Shown here piece by piece: positions 29,610 to 39,600 of a stretch of 64,000 nt of DNA. Location of the stretch: contig JBGUHW010000021.1 in assembly GCA_045112395.1 (NCBI GenBank), forward strand, positions 4,482 through 68,481. Direction: 5' to 3'. Each line of letters opens with the position of its first letter. Position 1 is the first letter of the stretch. The notes beneath the pieces are model-generated. The model made no database searches, was not told the origin of the DNA, and worked only from the letters and a program-made list of their open reading frames with translations. The DNA is from Bacteroidales bacterium (GTDB lineage: Bacteria > Bacteroidota > Bacteroidia > Bacteroidales > ML635J-15). Position numbers and translations under genes: made by a program.

Positions 29610-30320
29610 ATGCAGGAGATCGACCTTAAAAATGTAATGTTCATCGACATCGAGACTGTGCCTATGTGCGCCTCGTTTGATGATATGCCCGAAGCCTTCA
29701 AGAAGCACTGGGACAAGAAATCAAAGAATTTCAGAGCAGAAACCGAAACTGCCTCAGATGTATATCAACGTGCTGGAATATATTCCGAATTCGGAAAGAT
29801 TGTTTGCATATCAGTCGGATTGGTTGCTGGAGAAAAATTCCGCGTTAAGTCATTTTATGGTGATGATGAAAAGGAGATACTTTCGGGATTTGCCGAAATG
29901 CTTTCGAAGTGGGATCCGTTTGGAAACAAGATGCTTTGTGGACATAACATTAAGGAATTCGATGTTCCATATATTGCGCGGCGTATGCTCGTAAACCGCA
30001 TGTACAATCTGCCAAAGGCTCTCGACCTTGCAGGAAAGAAGCCATGGGAAATAAAGCATATAGATACGCTTGAATTGTGGAAGTTTGGTGACTACAAGAA
30101 TTTCACATCCCTTGCTCTTATGGCCGACCTTTTCGACATTCCAACGCCCAAGGACGACATTGACGGTAGCGAAGTCGCTGGTGTTTACTATGGTGAACAC
30201 GATGTTGACCGTATTGCAATCTATTGCGAAAAGGATGTCCTCTGCGTCGCAAACCTAATGCTCAGACTACAAGGCAAGGAAATATATCTGTACGACCAGA
30301 TGGAGAGGGCAAACGGATAG
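29610..30320 (+). CDS. Predicted 3'-5' exonuclease related to the PolB exonuclease domain (RNase H-like fold)
   Basis: FIDIETVP, GKIVCISV and GHNIKEFDVPYIARR motifs. Confidence 0.75.
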   Translation: MQEIDLKNVMFIDIETVPMCASFDDMPEAFKKHWDKKSKNFRAETETASDVYQRAGIYSEFGKIVCISVGLVAGEKFRVKSFYGDDEKEILSGFAEMLSKWDPFGNKMLCGHNIKEFDVPYIARRMLVNRMYNLPKALDLAGKKPWEIKHIDTLELWKFGDYKNFTSLALMADLFDIPTPKDDIDGSEVAGVYYGEHDVDRIAIYCEKDVLCVANLMLRLQGKEIYLYDQMERANG

Positions 30321-30326
30321 TTTAAA

Positions 30327-31388
30327 CTATTCTTGCTCTTCCAGATATGGGTTCTTTATTGTGAACCTAATTGTATCGGTGACTTCGCCAGCTGCACCGA
30401 GTATTCCAAGACCGTTCTTTATGTTGGTTTTTACAAGTGTCGGCTCGGAAAATGGATTGCCGTCGTTTTCAATGTATAAATCGTAGGACTTTTGGTACTG
30501 GTAGTAGTCCTTGTTTACCGACCTGAGATGAACGATAAGCTTATACTCGTATTCGCGATAGAATGGCAGGTCTTCGATGCTCTCTCCTTCATCGTCGTCT
30601 TCTCCCTCTCCCTCTTCACCATCTTTATAGTAGTAGTCATCGTCCTCATATATAAGTCCGTAGAATATGCCACGAATGTCGCGGTAATCTTGCGCCGAAA
30701 ATTTTATTGTATAGTTTTCTCCGCTGATTACTTCGTCGGCCATGTAAAGCAACGTTCCACCGTAGCCCGAGCTAACCGAAATGTCATTACATTCAAGGTT
30801 TAGTTTGTAGTTCTTATCAAATAAATCTTCAACGGAGTACATGTAGTTTTCGTCAAAATACTCCTTCATATCTTCAGGGAAATCGCTTGTCACATATATC
30901 ATGTAATAGTTTTCGTTGTCAGGAATGTCGCTATAATTGAGACTGACATCAAATTCATCGCCGTAGTAGTAGCCGTCGTCATTGGATTTCTGTTTTCCGC
31001 TGATGCTGTTTATTGTTGTGGGGTTTGGCATGGTAACTTCTGATTCTATTGTTTCAAAACCATCTTTGGAAACTTGGAATCTGTATGTATGTCCAACTTT
31101 TGGAATGTATGCAGCATGGTAGTTGCCTTCGCCGTCTGAAACTGGCACCACCTGAAGCGGGTTGCCATCCTCAAATATTATCACGTCGGCATCCGAAATC
31201 TTTACAATTTCCTTTGTATCAAGAATGTGCATGCTGCGGCTTACTGTGAAGTCAATTTCGCTTGTGTTGGAAAGCACGCAATTGAGAACCAATTTGGGTT
31301 TCTTGTATTCAAATGGGAAGTCTAGTGTCTTTTCGCAGGCGGTAAGTGCAATTGCAATGACTATTATTATATATATCAACTTTTTCAT
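30327..31388 (-). CDS. DUF4249-like lipoprotein, partner of the upstream TonB-dependent receptor
   Basis: Lipobox (LTAC). Positioned directly downstream of the receptor, 12-nt gap. Unusual acidic DDDYYYKDGEEGEGEDDDEGE insert. Confidence 0.65.
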   Translation of the reverse strand: MKKLIYIIIVIAIALTACEKTLDFPFEYKKPKLVLNCVLSNTSEIDFTVSRSMHILDTKEIVKISDADVIIFEDGNPLQVVPVSDGEGNYHAAYIPKVGHTYRFQVSKDGFETIESEVTMPNPTTINSISGKQKSNDDGYYYGDEFDVSLNYSDIPDNENYYMIYVTSDFPEDMKEYFDENYMYSVEDLFDKNYKLNLECNDISVSSGYGGTLLYMADEVISGENYTIKFSAQDYRDIRGIFYGLIYEDDDYYYKDGEEGEGEDDDEGESIEDLPFYREYEYKLIVHLRSVNKDYYQYQKSYDLYIENDGNPFSEPTLVKTNIKNGLGILGAAGEVTDTIRFTIKNPYLEEQE

Positions 31389-31400
31389 GTCTGTTCGTTT

Positions 31401-33749
31401 TTAGAAAGTTTGTGAGAATTTTATTGACGGCATAATCGGGAACAAGCTTATCTGTTTCAAGCATCTGTTGCCTCGGTAGTCGGTACCAAAATAGAGGTAG
31501 AACGGATTTTGTCGGCAGTAGGCATTGTAAACTCCAAGGCTCCATATTCTTTCTCCCAACTTGTTTTGTTTCTTGAAGTTAAAGTTGAAATCCAAGCGGT
31601 GATATGCAGGTGCCCTAAATGAGTTTCGTCCGCCATATTCACCAATTTCAGCACCGTTGAGTCCGTAATAACGACCGTATGCGAGGGTTACTGCGTTTCC
31701 TGTGCCAAATACCCATGTCATACCGAAGTCAAAGTTTTCGCTCTTATTGTAAATCAACGCAATGGCTATGTCGTGGCGACGATCGTACTTGTATGGGAAC
31801 TTTTCTCCGAAGTTGAGGTTGTCGAATTGTCTCCATGCCCACGACAGCGTATAGCCTATCCATCCAGTGATTTTCCCCGTGGTCTTGCGAACAAGGAACT
31901 CTGCTCCATACGACCATCCGCGTCCCATTTCGATTTTAGATTCCCAGTTGTCGGTCATATTTAGGAAACTAGCACCTTCCTTGTATTCAATAAGGCCTTT
32001 CATATCCTTGAAGAATCCTTCGATGCTGAAATCCCACTTGTTCTTGAGGTTGTAGGCAAATCCGAGAGCTACCTGATTGCTTCGTTGTGGCGTGATTGTG
32101 TCGGTAGCAGGAAGCCAGAGGTCGGTTGGCAGACCTATGGTGCTGTTGGTGAGCAAGTGTACATATTGTGTCATTCTTGTGTAGGCTGCTTTCATCGAAA
32201 AGTTTTCAGTAATCAGGAATCTTGCCGAAACGCGAGGTTCTGCCGACTGGTAGTATTTTTTCTTCACAATGAAGCCGGAATAATTTATGCCGATGTCGGC
32301 TTTCAGCCGTCCCGTTATAGTTATGTTGTCGGAAGCATAAACATTGATTTCTGTGCCGTATATGTCACGTGCACCAGTTTTTATATTTATATCATTAGAA
32401 TTATTTATCGATTGAGTCGTGACCGACACACCAGGCTTGAATACATGGTATGTGGTTGATAGTCCAAGCTTTAGTTCGTGCCTTGAGGCAGGGTAGTAGT
32501 TGAGGTCTATCTTTGCTCCGTAGTCGTTGATACCCGAAAAATAGTCGAATGAGTATTTTTCTGTCGAAATATAATCGGCAAGGTAATCGTAATTCATGTA
32601 GGTATCAAACTTATAGTTTGAGTATATAAGCGTTACATTCGAGAACAACTTCTGGTCGAAAACATGATTCCAGCGCATTGAAGTTGTGATGTTACCCCAG
32701 TACAAGCCCATATCCGACTTTTCGTTGTAAAGCGTATCGTAGTAGAAATATTCTTCTTCGTTCTTAATGTATGCCTTGTCGCGACCAAAATAACCGCTCA
32801 AGAAAAGCCTGTCCTTATCGCTGAACTTGTGGTTCAACTTCAGGTTTGCATCGTAGAAGTAATATCCGGCCTTCAGTTTTTCGCCTCCGCCATTAGTCTT
32901 GTTTATCAGAGCAATCACAGGTGCTGCAAGTACGTCTATATAGGTACGCCTTGCACTAAAAATAAACGAGGTGTGGTCTTTCCAGATAGGACCTTCGACC
33001 ATAACCTTTGCAGCAATTGTACCTACCGAAAATTCGCCACCGTACTTTTTGTCGTTTCCTTCCTTTAGCCTAATGTCAATTACTGACGACAATCTTCCGC
33101 TGTATTGTGCAGGGAATCCGCCTTTTATAAGGTTGATGCTAGATATTGCATCGGGGTTGAACACCGAGAAGAATCCGAAAAGGTGGTTGGCGTTGTATAC
33201 GGGTACACCGTCGAGCAAAATAAGGTTCTGGTCGGGACCGCCACCGCGCACATAAATACCGCTAGTTCCCTCATTGCCCGACTGTACGCCAGGCATCAGT
33301 TGCAAGGTTTTCATGACATCCGCCTCGCCCATGAATACAGGCAGTGTTTTCAGTTGTTCCACCGGCAGGCGCACAATGCTCATCTGCACATCCTTCACCA
33401 TCTGGTCCGACTTGCTTTCGGTGATGACAACTTCGCTAAGCATATTGGCCGAGTTTAGTTTTATGTTCAGCCGTATGTCTTGGTCGATGAAGAAGTTATA
33501 GCTATATGCGCCATAGCCGATGTACGAAACAACAAGGCTAACGCTGTCTTGCGGAAGTGTCAAACTGAAATATCCGTATTCGTTGGTTGCAACGCCCAAA
33601 TGCGAGCGAGTGTCGTATACATTTGCTCCGAAAAGTTTCTCACCGCTTGCCGAATCTTGCACATATCCGCTTATAGTAAACTTCTGACTGAAGGTCCCTA
33701 CGGATGCTAATAGCATTATTATCAATAGTATATACTTTATCTTAGTCAT
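31401..33749 (-). CDS. TonB-dependent receptor with an N-terminal CarboxypepD_reg-like domain
   Basis: Signal peptide, ISGYVQDSASGEKLFGANV beta-sandwich, plug (VVITE...LQLMPGVQSG...IYVRGGGPDQNLILLDGVPVYN), and a barrel ending ...KFSQTF. Confidence 0.9.
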   Translation of the reverse strand: MTKIKYILLIIMLLASVGTFSQKFTISGYVQDSASGEKLFGANVYDTRSHLGVATNEYGYFSLTLPQDSVSLVVSYIGYGAYSYNFFIDQDIRLNIKLNSANMLSEVVITESKSDQMVKDVQMSIVRLPVEQLKTLPVFMGEADVMKTLQLMPGVQSGNEGTSGIYVRGGGPDQNLILLDGVPVYNANHLFGFFSVFNPDAISSINLIKGGFPAQYSGRLSSVIDIRLKEGNDKKYGGEFSVGTIAAKVMVEGPIWKDHTSFIFSARRTYIDVLAAPVIALINKTNGGGEKLKAGYYFYDANLKLNHKFSDKDRLFLSGYFGRDKAYIKNEEEYFYYDTLYNEKSDMGLYWGNITTSMRWNHVFDQKLFSNVTLIYSNYKFDTYMNYDYLADYISTEKYSFDYFSGINDYGAKIDLNYYPASRHELKLGLSTTYHVFKPGVSVTTQSINNSNDINIKTGARDIYGTEINVYASDNITITGRLKADIGINYSGFIVKKKYYQSAEPRVSARFLITENFSMKAAYTRMTQYVHLLTNSTIGLPTDLWLPATDTITPQRSNQVALGFAYNLKNKWDFSIEGFFKDMKGLIEYKEGASFLNMTDNWESKIEMGRGWSYGAEFLVRKTTGKITGWIGYTLSWAWRQFDNLNFGEKFPYKYDRRHDIAIALIYNKSENFDFGMTWVFGTGNAVTLAYGRYYGLNGAEIGEYGGRNSFRAPAYHRLDFNFNFKKQNKLGERIWSLGVYNAYCRQNPFYLYFGTDYRGNRCLKQISLFPIMPSIKFSQTF

Positions 33750-33826
33750 AAAATTTTTTTTGCAAAAATATGATTAAATACGATTGCAAAAACGATTATG
33801 CAAACAATTTATTGTTTACTTTTGTC

Positions 33827-33834
33827 CCATACAT
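33827..33834 (+). promoter_or_regulatory. -7 box (TActTTTG) upstream of xth
   Basis: TAnnTTTG 40 nt before ATG 33874. Confidence 0.35.
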
Positions 33835-33873
33835 TGAAAAATATACGTCTTCTATAAACAATATATTATAGGT

Positions 33874-34635
33874 ATGAAAATAATCACATTCAACTTGAAC
33901 GGAATTCGTTCTGCAATAGCAAAAGGCTTGTACGAGTGGGTGGAAGCGCAGTCGCCCGATGTGTTGTGCGTACAAGAGACAAAAGCACAGCCCGACCAGA
34001 TAGATATACTGAAATTCAAGGAGATGGGATACAATTCCTACATCTTCTCTGCCGAAAAGAAAGGCTATAGCGGAGTGGCAATTTTTACGAAGGAGGAACC
34101 CGACTTTGTGAAGGCTGGCATTGGAATTCCCGAATTTGATGCGGAGGGAAGGCTTTTGCGCGTTGATTTTGGTGATGTTACAATTATCGACTCGTATTTC
34201 CCATCGGGAACTATGGGCGATGTCCGTCAGGATGTGAAGATGAAATATCTTGCTGCTGTACAGGAGTTTATAAACAAATTGAAAAAGGAGCGTCCGAATA
34301 TTATACTTGCAGGCGACTACAATATCTGCCACAAGGAAATCGACATCAGCAATCCACAGAACAAAAAGGGTGTGTCGGGTTTTCTTCCAGAGGAACGTGA
34401 ATGGATAACAAATTTTCTTGCTAGCGGTTTTGTCGATTCTCTGCGTGTGTTCAACACCGAAGCAGAGCAATACACTTGGTGGAGCTATCGCAGTGGTGCA
34501 AAAGCAAAGAACCTTGGCTGGCGTATCGACTACCAGATGGTATCGGAACCATTGGCTTCAAGGTTGAAGTCGGCAAAAATCTTCCCCGAAGTACAGATGT
34601 CGGACCATTGCCCATATCAGATCGAAATAGAATAA
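33874..34635 (+). CDS. xth: Exodeoxyribonuclease III
   Basis: 253 aa. FNLNGIRS, CVQETK, GDYNICH and SDHCP motifs. Confidence 0.95.
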   Translation: MKIITFNLNGIRSAIAKGLYEWVEAQSPDVLCVQETKAQPDQIDILKFKEMGYNSYIFSAEKKGYSGVAIFTKEEPDFVKAGIGIPEFDAEGRLLRVDFGDVTIIDSYFPSGTMGDVRQDVKMKYLAAVQEFINKLKKERPNIILAGDYNICHKEIDISNPQNKKGVSGFLPEEREWITNFLASGFVDSLRVFNTEAEQYTWWSYRSGAKAKNLGWRIDYQMVSEPLASRLKSAKIFPEVQMSDHCPYQIEIE

Positions 34636-34730
34636 AAACCGCTCCCTGAGCAGTTCATAGACACCCCCTGAGCTTGTCGAATGGCAAGTCGAAGTGTCAA
34701 TTGATGTAATAATTGATTAATAAAGATTAT

Positions 34731-35336
34731 ATGTCCCTATCCCTATTCACTCGTTTTCCAAATCCGTTTCTAAAAGGAATACGGAGGGTGAAAGGTTTGG
34801 GCAAAGTCGTCTATATCACCTTCGACGACGGGCCAACGCCAGAAGTCACAGAGGAGATTCTTGCAATTCTCGCCCACTATTCCGTTAAGGCTTCTTTTTT
34901 CTGTTGCGGACAGAATGCCGATGCCAATCCCGACCAGCTGAAAAAAATCGCCGACGAGGGACATTCCATCGGGTACCATTCATATTCTCACAAGGATATA
35001 TTGAAAACAAAACCTTCGGAGTGGCTTGCCGATGTTGAGCGGAGGTCAGCAGTGTCGGAGGAGGATTTGTTTCGTCCGCCCTATGGCAGGATATCATTAC
35101 GCCATTATTGTAAGCTGAAATCTAAATACAAGTTTGTATTCTGGGATGTCATGTCGTACGATTATGATGTTACACGTTCCTCCGAATCAATCATGTCGTT
35201 GTTGGAAAAGTCGGTGCGCGAAGGTTCTGTTGTTGTTTTCCACGACAAAGTAAAATGTAAAGACAACACCTTGGCGGTACTGCCGCAGTTTATCGAATTG
35301 ATGAAATCAAAGGGATATTCGTTCGGTGTACTATAG
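34731..35336 (+). CDS. Polysaccharide deacetylase (NodB homology domain)
   Basis: ITFDDGP, HSYSH and the RPPYG motif. Start placed at ATG 34731, because the track TTG 34713 lies inside a repeat tract. Confidence 0.85.
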   Translation: MSLSLFTRFPNPFLKGIRRVKGLGKVVYITFDDGPTPEVTEEILAILAHYSVKASFFCCGQNADANPDQLKKIADEGHSIGYHSYSHKDILKTKPSEWLADVERRSAVSEEDLFRPPYGRISLRHYCKLKSKYKFVFWDVMSYDYDVTRSSESIMSLLEKSVREGSVVVFHDKVKCKDNTLAVLPQFIELMKSKGYSFGVL

Positions 35337-35532
35337 GCTTACAGTCTTATAGGCTTACAGTCTTACAGGCTCACAGTCTTGCAGTCGAACGGTCTCACAG
35401 TCTCACAGGCTTGCCGTCTTGCTGTCTCACGGTCTTGCAGGCGAACAGTCACACAATCTTACAGGCTTGTGGCTTTGCTGTCTGTCGGCCTTCGGTCTTC
35501 AAGCCTTTTAGCCTTCAAGCCTGTTAGCCTAA
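35333..35532. repeat. Degenerate tandem array, 25 units of 8 bp (consensus ACAGKCTT) with a single 1-bp register slip
   Basis: Read unit by unit. Units 1-17 (35333-35468) are in strict register, there is one 7-bp unit near 35469-35475, then 8-bp register again. Spans exactly from the deacetylase stop codon to the stop codon of the convergent Rieske-like gene. Confidence 0.9.
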
Positions 35533-35966
35533 TAATACGAATTATAAATATACAGTACCGATCCCTGGTAATCTGTTGTGTATTGCAGAGGCGTGTATTT
35601 AGACGGACCGCTGACAATGTTGCCGTCGTTTAAGTTGAATTTTGAACCGCATACGGGGCACTGGAGGAATAAACCCGTAGAATCTACGCTAAGTATTGCG
35701 TCGTTTGTTCGCGGGTGGTGAGGGCAGGCGCGGTCGAAGGCAACCCATTCGTCGGGTGCCGTGCATGCTACTACAATGCCTTTGTATCCACCGTCAACAT
35801 ACATATAGTTGCCCGGAGTTTTCAGCGCAATATGTGATGGCATATCTGGGTACAGCTGGACGTTCACATAGACGTATGGTACGTATTCTTCTTTGTCGCA
35901 TGCTGGAATAACTCCCAAGGCAAATGTTATGATTGAAATAATTATTATCTTTGTCAGCGTTTTCAT
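35529..35966 (-). CDS. Rieske-fold-like small lipoprotein with an atypical metal-ligand pattern
   Basis: Lipobox (IPAC). CPHH...(18 aa)...CPVCGSKF resembles the Rieske CxH...CxxH, but the last His is replaced by Cys. Confidence 0.55.
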   Translation of the reverse strand: MKTLTKIIIISIITFALGVIPACDKEEYVPYVYVNVQLYPDMPSHIALKTPGNYMYVDGGYKGIVVACTAPDEWVAFDRACPHHPRTNDAILSVDSTGLFLQCPVCGSKFNLNDGNIVSGPSKYTPLQYTTDYQGSVLYIYNSYY

Positions 35967-35986
35967 AAGAAATTATATTATAGACG

Positions 35987-36514
35987 ATGGCAAAATTAGC
36001 GAAAATTGTTTTTATTGTATTATTATTGGTGATAAATTTTATTCCCATTTATTCAACCGCTCAGGTTAATTATTCACCGAAGAAAGACAAAAATGCAGAA
36101 TCCATTGACAGGCAGGAAGAAAGGCGTATAGAGCAGAATCGTAGGGCAAACGAAAGAAGGAAGGAAGAATTGCGTGCTCAAAATAATCGTGATTCGGAAA
36201 AAAGAATGAACAAAGCCAGGAAACAGCAAAATAAATTGCAGTCGTATAGTGTCGAGCGAGACATTAAATCACGTAGGGTAAAGAAAAAAGATGAAAAACT
36301 GACACCAGAGGAAAAGCTAGTTCAGAAATTGGAGAAGCAGAAGCAACGTGAAGAGGCTAAAAAGGACAAACTCGCGGAAAAAGAAAGGAAAAAGATGCTC
36401 AAGAATTATCATAAGAAGATAAGCGGTGCAGGAAAAGATATTGCAAACAGAAAAAAAGTTTACAAGCGTATGAAGAAGTCCAAAAGAATTGCTAACAAAA
36501 ATAATAAGCGATAA
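35987..36514 (+). CDS. Hypothetical N-terminally anchored or secreted Lys/Arg/Glu-rich protein
   Basis: Hydrophobic N-terminus, then ~145 aa of highly charged low-complexity sequence. Confidence 0.5.
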   Translation: MAKLAKIVFIVLLLVINFIPIYSTAQVNYSPKKDKNAESIDRQEERRIEQNRRANERRKEELRAQNNRDSEKRMNKARKQQNKLQSYSVERDIKSRRVKKKDEKLTPEEKLVQKLEKQKQREEAKKDKLAEKERKKMLKNYHKKISGAGKDIANRKKVYKRMKKSKRIANKNNKR

Positions 36515-36601
36515 CGTGTTGAGTTATAGCGTATTGTGTTTTTATTGTTAATTTTTAAGAAAAAAAAAGCAAAAAAGTTGTTAAGAAAAGAAAATGTGTA
36601 G

Positions 36602-36609
36602 TAATTTTG
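36602..36609 (+). promoter_or_regulatory. -7 box (TAatTTTG) upstream of the outer-membrane triad
   Basis: TAnnTTTG 53 nt before ATG 36662. Confidence 0.35.
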
Positions 36610-36661
36610 AAGCCCCATTTTATTAGGGGAGATATAAGTAGTAAGTAAGTAAAATTTTATT

Positions 36662-39600
36662 ATGTTACGAAGAATACAATTGTTGATTTTGGCACTCTTA
36701 GCAAGTGCAGGGTTGTATGCTCAGGTGGGTACTTTGAATGGTACTGTCATTGATGCATCAACCAACGAACCAGTTCCGTTCGCCAATGTTTCCATTGAAG
36801 AGAACGGGAATGTCGTTACTGGAGGTATGACCGATTTTGACGGTAGGTTCAGTATCAAGCCGATTAAAGCCGGAAAGTATGATGTGTCTGCATCATATAT
36901 AGGTTATGGTACGGTGAAGTACTCAAACGTTCAGATTACTGCTGGTCAGATTACTTTCCAGAATTTCAAGTTGAAACCCGAAGCAGAAATGCTTGCCGAG
37001 GTTGAAGTTATTGAATACAAGGTTCCTCTTATCCAGAAGGACCAGACCCAGTCTGGTGGAACAATGACTTCCGAGGACATTTCAAGAATGACCGCCCGTT
37101 CGGCTGATGCTGTTGCATCTACAGTCGGCGGTGTGTATTCAGAGAATGGTTCGGTAGGTAGTATTAGAGGTTCGCGTTCCGAAGACGTCGTTTACTACGT
37201 AGATGGTGTTAAGGTTCGTGGTTCTAGTAACGTTCCAAAGTCGGCAATCGAACAGGTATCTGTTATCACTGGTGGTGTTCCCGCTCAGTACGGTGATGCT
37301 ACTGGTGGTATCATCAGCTTGACCACAAAGGGTCCTGCTTCTGAATTCTGGGGTGGTGCTGAAATCCTTTGCTCGGTTGAAGGTTACGGATACAACCTTG
37401 CAGGTCTTACATTGTCGGGACCAATCTGGACAAAGACAGATGCAGAAACCAACCGCAAGAGAACAATTATGGGTTTCATGATTTCTGCTGAAGGTGCCTA
37501 TATATTGGATGGTTCCCCGTCTGCAGTAGGTGAGTGGAGAGCATTCGATGATGTAAAAGAAGATATGACTACCAATCCACTTCGCCTTGTAGAATCAGAT
37601 CAAGGTGCTGTTGTTTATCAGAATACCTTATATTTAAAGGATGACTCTTTCTACAACAAGAGAAGAAGATCTAATGCAACAAACAAGAACTTGAATATTG
37701 CTGCAAAGATTGATATTGCACCAATCAGGGACTTGGATATTACATTCGGTACAAACATTTATCTTGCTGATGCAAGAATCTATTCAAGGTCTAATTCTTT
37801 GTTCAACTCTGAAAACAACGGACGTCAGAAATATGGCAGCTACCGTATGTATGGTCGTTTAACACAGAAATTCAGAGAGAAAGAAGATGAAGAAGGAGAA
37901 AAGAAGTCTTTCTTCAGGAATCCTTATTATGTGATTCAGGTCGACTATACTAAGGTTCATTCTCAGTCAGGTGACATAAACCATTGGGATAATTATTTTG
38001 ACTATGGTTATGTTGGAAAATTTGATATTTCGCCTAATAAGTTTTATTCATTCGCACAGGATTCTGTTACAGGTTTGACCGCAAACTGTATGGAAACATT
38101 CTTCTATGAGGTGGATAATTTTGAAGGAGGAAGCCTAAATCCAGCACTTGCCAACTATACAAATCAGTTTTATGACTATATGGGTGGTAGCTTCTCAACA
38201 ATGTACACCCAGTATATTCAGGCTTATGGTGGTTTGTTGAATGGCGAAGTTCCGAATAGTATTTATGGAATGTGGCAGGTACCTGGTGTTTCTTATGGTT
38301 CTTATTCGAAGTCGGATGCAACTCAGTTGAGGGTTTCTGCTAACGCTTCTGCCGACCTTGGCGGACACGAAATCAGCCTCGGTTTTGAATTCGAACAGAG
38401 AAGCGACTCTTATTTTGGCGTTTCACCGTTAGGTAATCAAATCGGTCTTTGGGGATTGGCTAGAAAACTTACCAATAGCCATATAGAAGAAATTGATAAG
38501 ACTCAGCCTTATGTATATAGGGACGACAATGGTCTGTTCCTTGATACTATCGACTATCCGAGAATTTACAATGCTTCAACTCAGAAGAGATTCGACAAGC
38601 ATTTACGTGAGGCCCTTGGTCTTGCTGTTGATGGAACAGATTGGATTAACATTGATTCATATGATCCAAGTACATTTGATCTCAATTGGTTCAGTGCTGA
38701 TGAATTGTTTAACCAAGGTTCTACTTTTGTTTCATACTATGGTTACGATTATGCAGGTAACAAGTTGAACTATAAACCTACCTTCGAAGATTTCTTTACT
38801 AAGGATGTAGATGGAGACGGATTCCTTGACAGACCAATCGCTCCATTTGAGCCTACTTATATGGCTGGTTACATTCAGGATAAGTTCGCATTCAAAGATC
38901 TTATATTTAATATTGGTGTGCGTATCGACCGTTACGATGCTAACCAGAGCGTTCTGAAAGACCAGTATACATTACACAATGCTTATACTGTAGGAAACAA
39001 GGAAGTTGATCTTATCAACTCAACAAATCATCCTGGAAATATTCCTGATGAGGCAGTTGTTTACGTTAACGATATAAACAATCCAACTGAGATCACTGGT
39101 TATCGTGTTGGTAGCGTTTGGTACAATGCAAGCGGTCTTGAAATCGACAACCCCAACTCAATACAGGGTGCAAATGGTATATCTCCTTATCTTGTTGATC
39201 CTAACGAGGAACTTAATGCTTCGGCATTTAGAGATTATCAGCCACAAGTTGTTGTAATGCCACGTATCGCGTTCTCATTCCCAATATCAGAAGACGCTTT
39301 GTTCTTCGCTCACTACGACATTTTGTCGCAGCGTCCGCAGACATACGATCAGTTGAATCCAATTGAATATATGTACATCAGACAGTTGGGAACAACAACA
39401 TTGAACAATCCAGATCTTAAGACAGAAAAGACAATTGACTACGAACTTGGTTTCCAACAGAAACTTGGAAATACATCGTCAATAAAGCTTTCTGCATTCT
39501 ACCGTGAAATGCGTGATAAGTTGCAGACCATTTCTGTGTACGGTGCATATCCTATAACATACTATACTTTGGGTAATATTGACTTTGGTACAGTAAGAGG

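Noticed and set aside
35379-35633. 84-aa plus-strand ORF
   Set aside because: Its sequence (…SQACRLAVSRSCRRTVTQSYRLVALLSVGLRSS…) is simply the 8-bp array read in one frame, and it then runs antisense into the Rieske-like gene.
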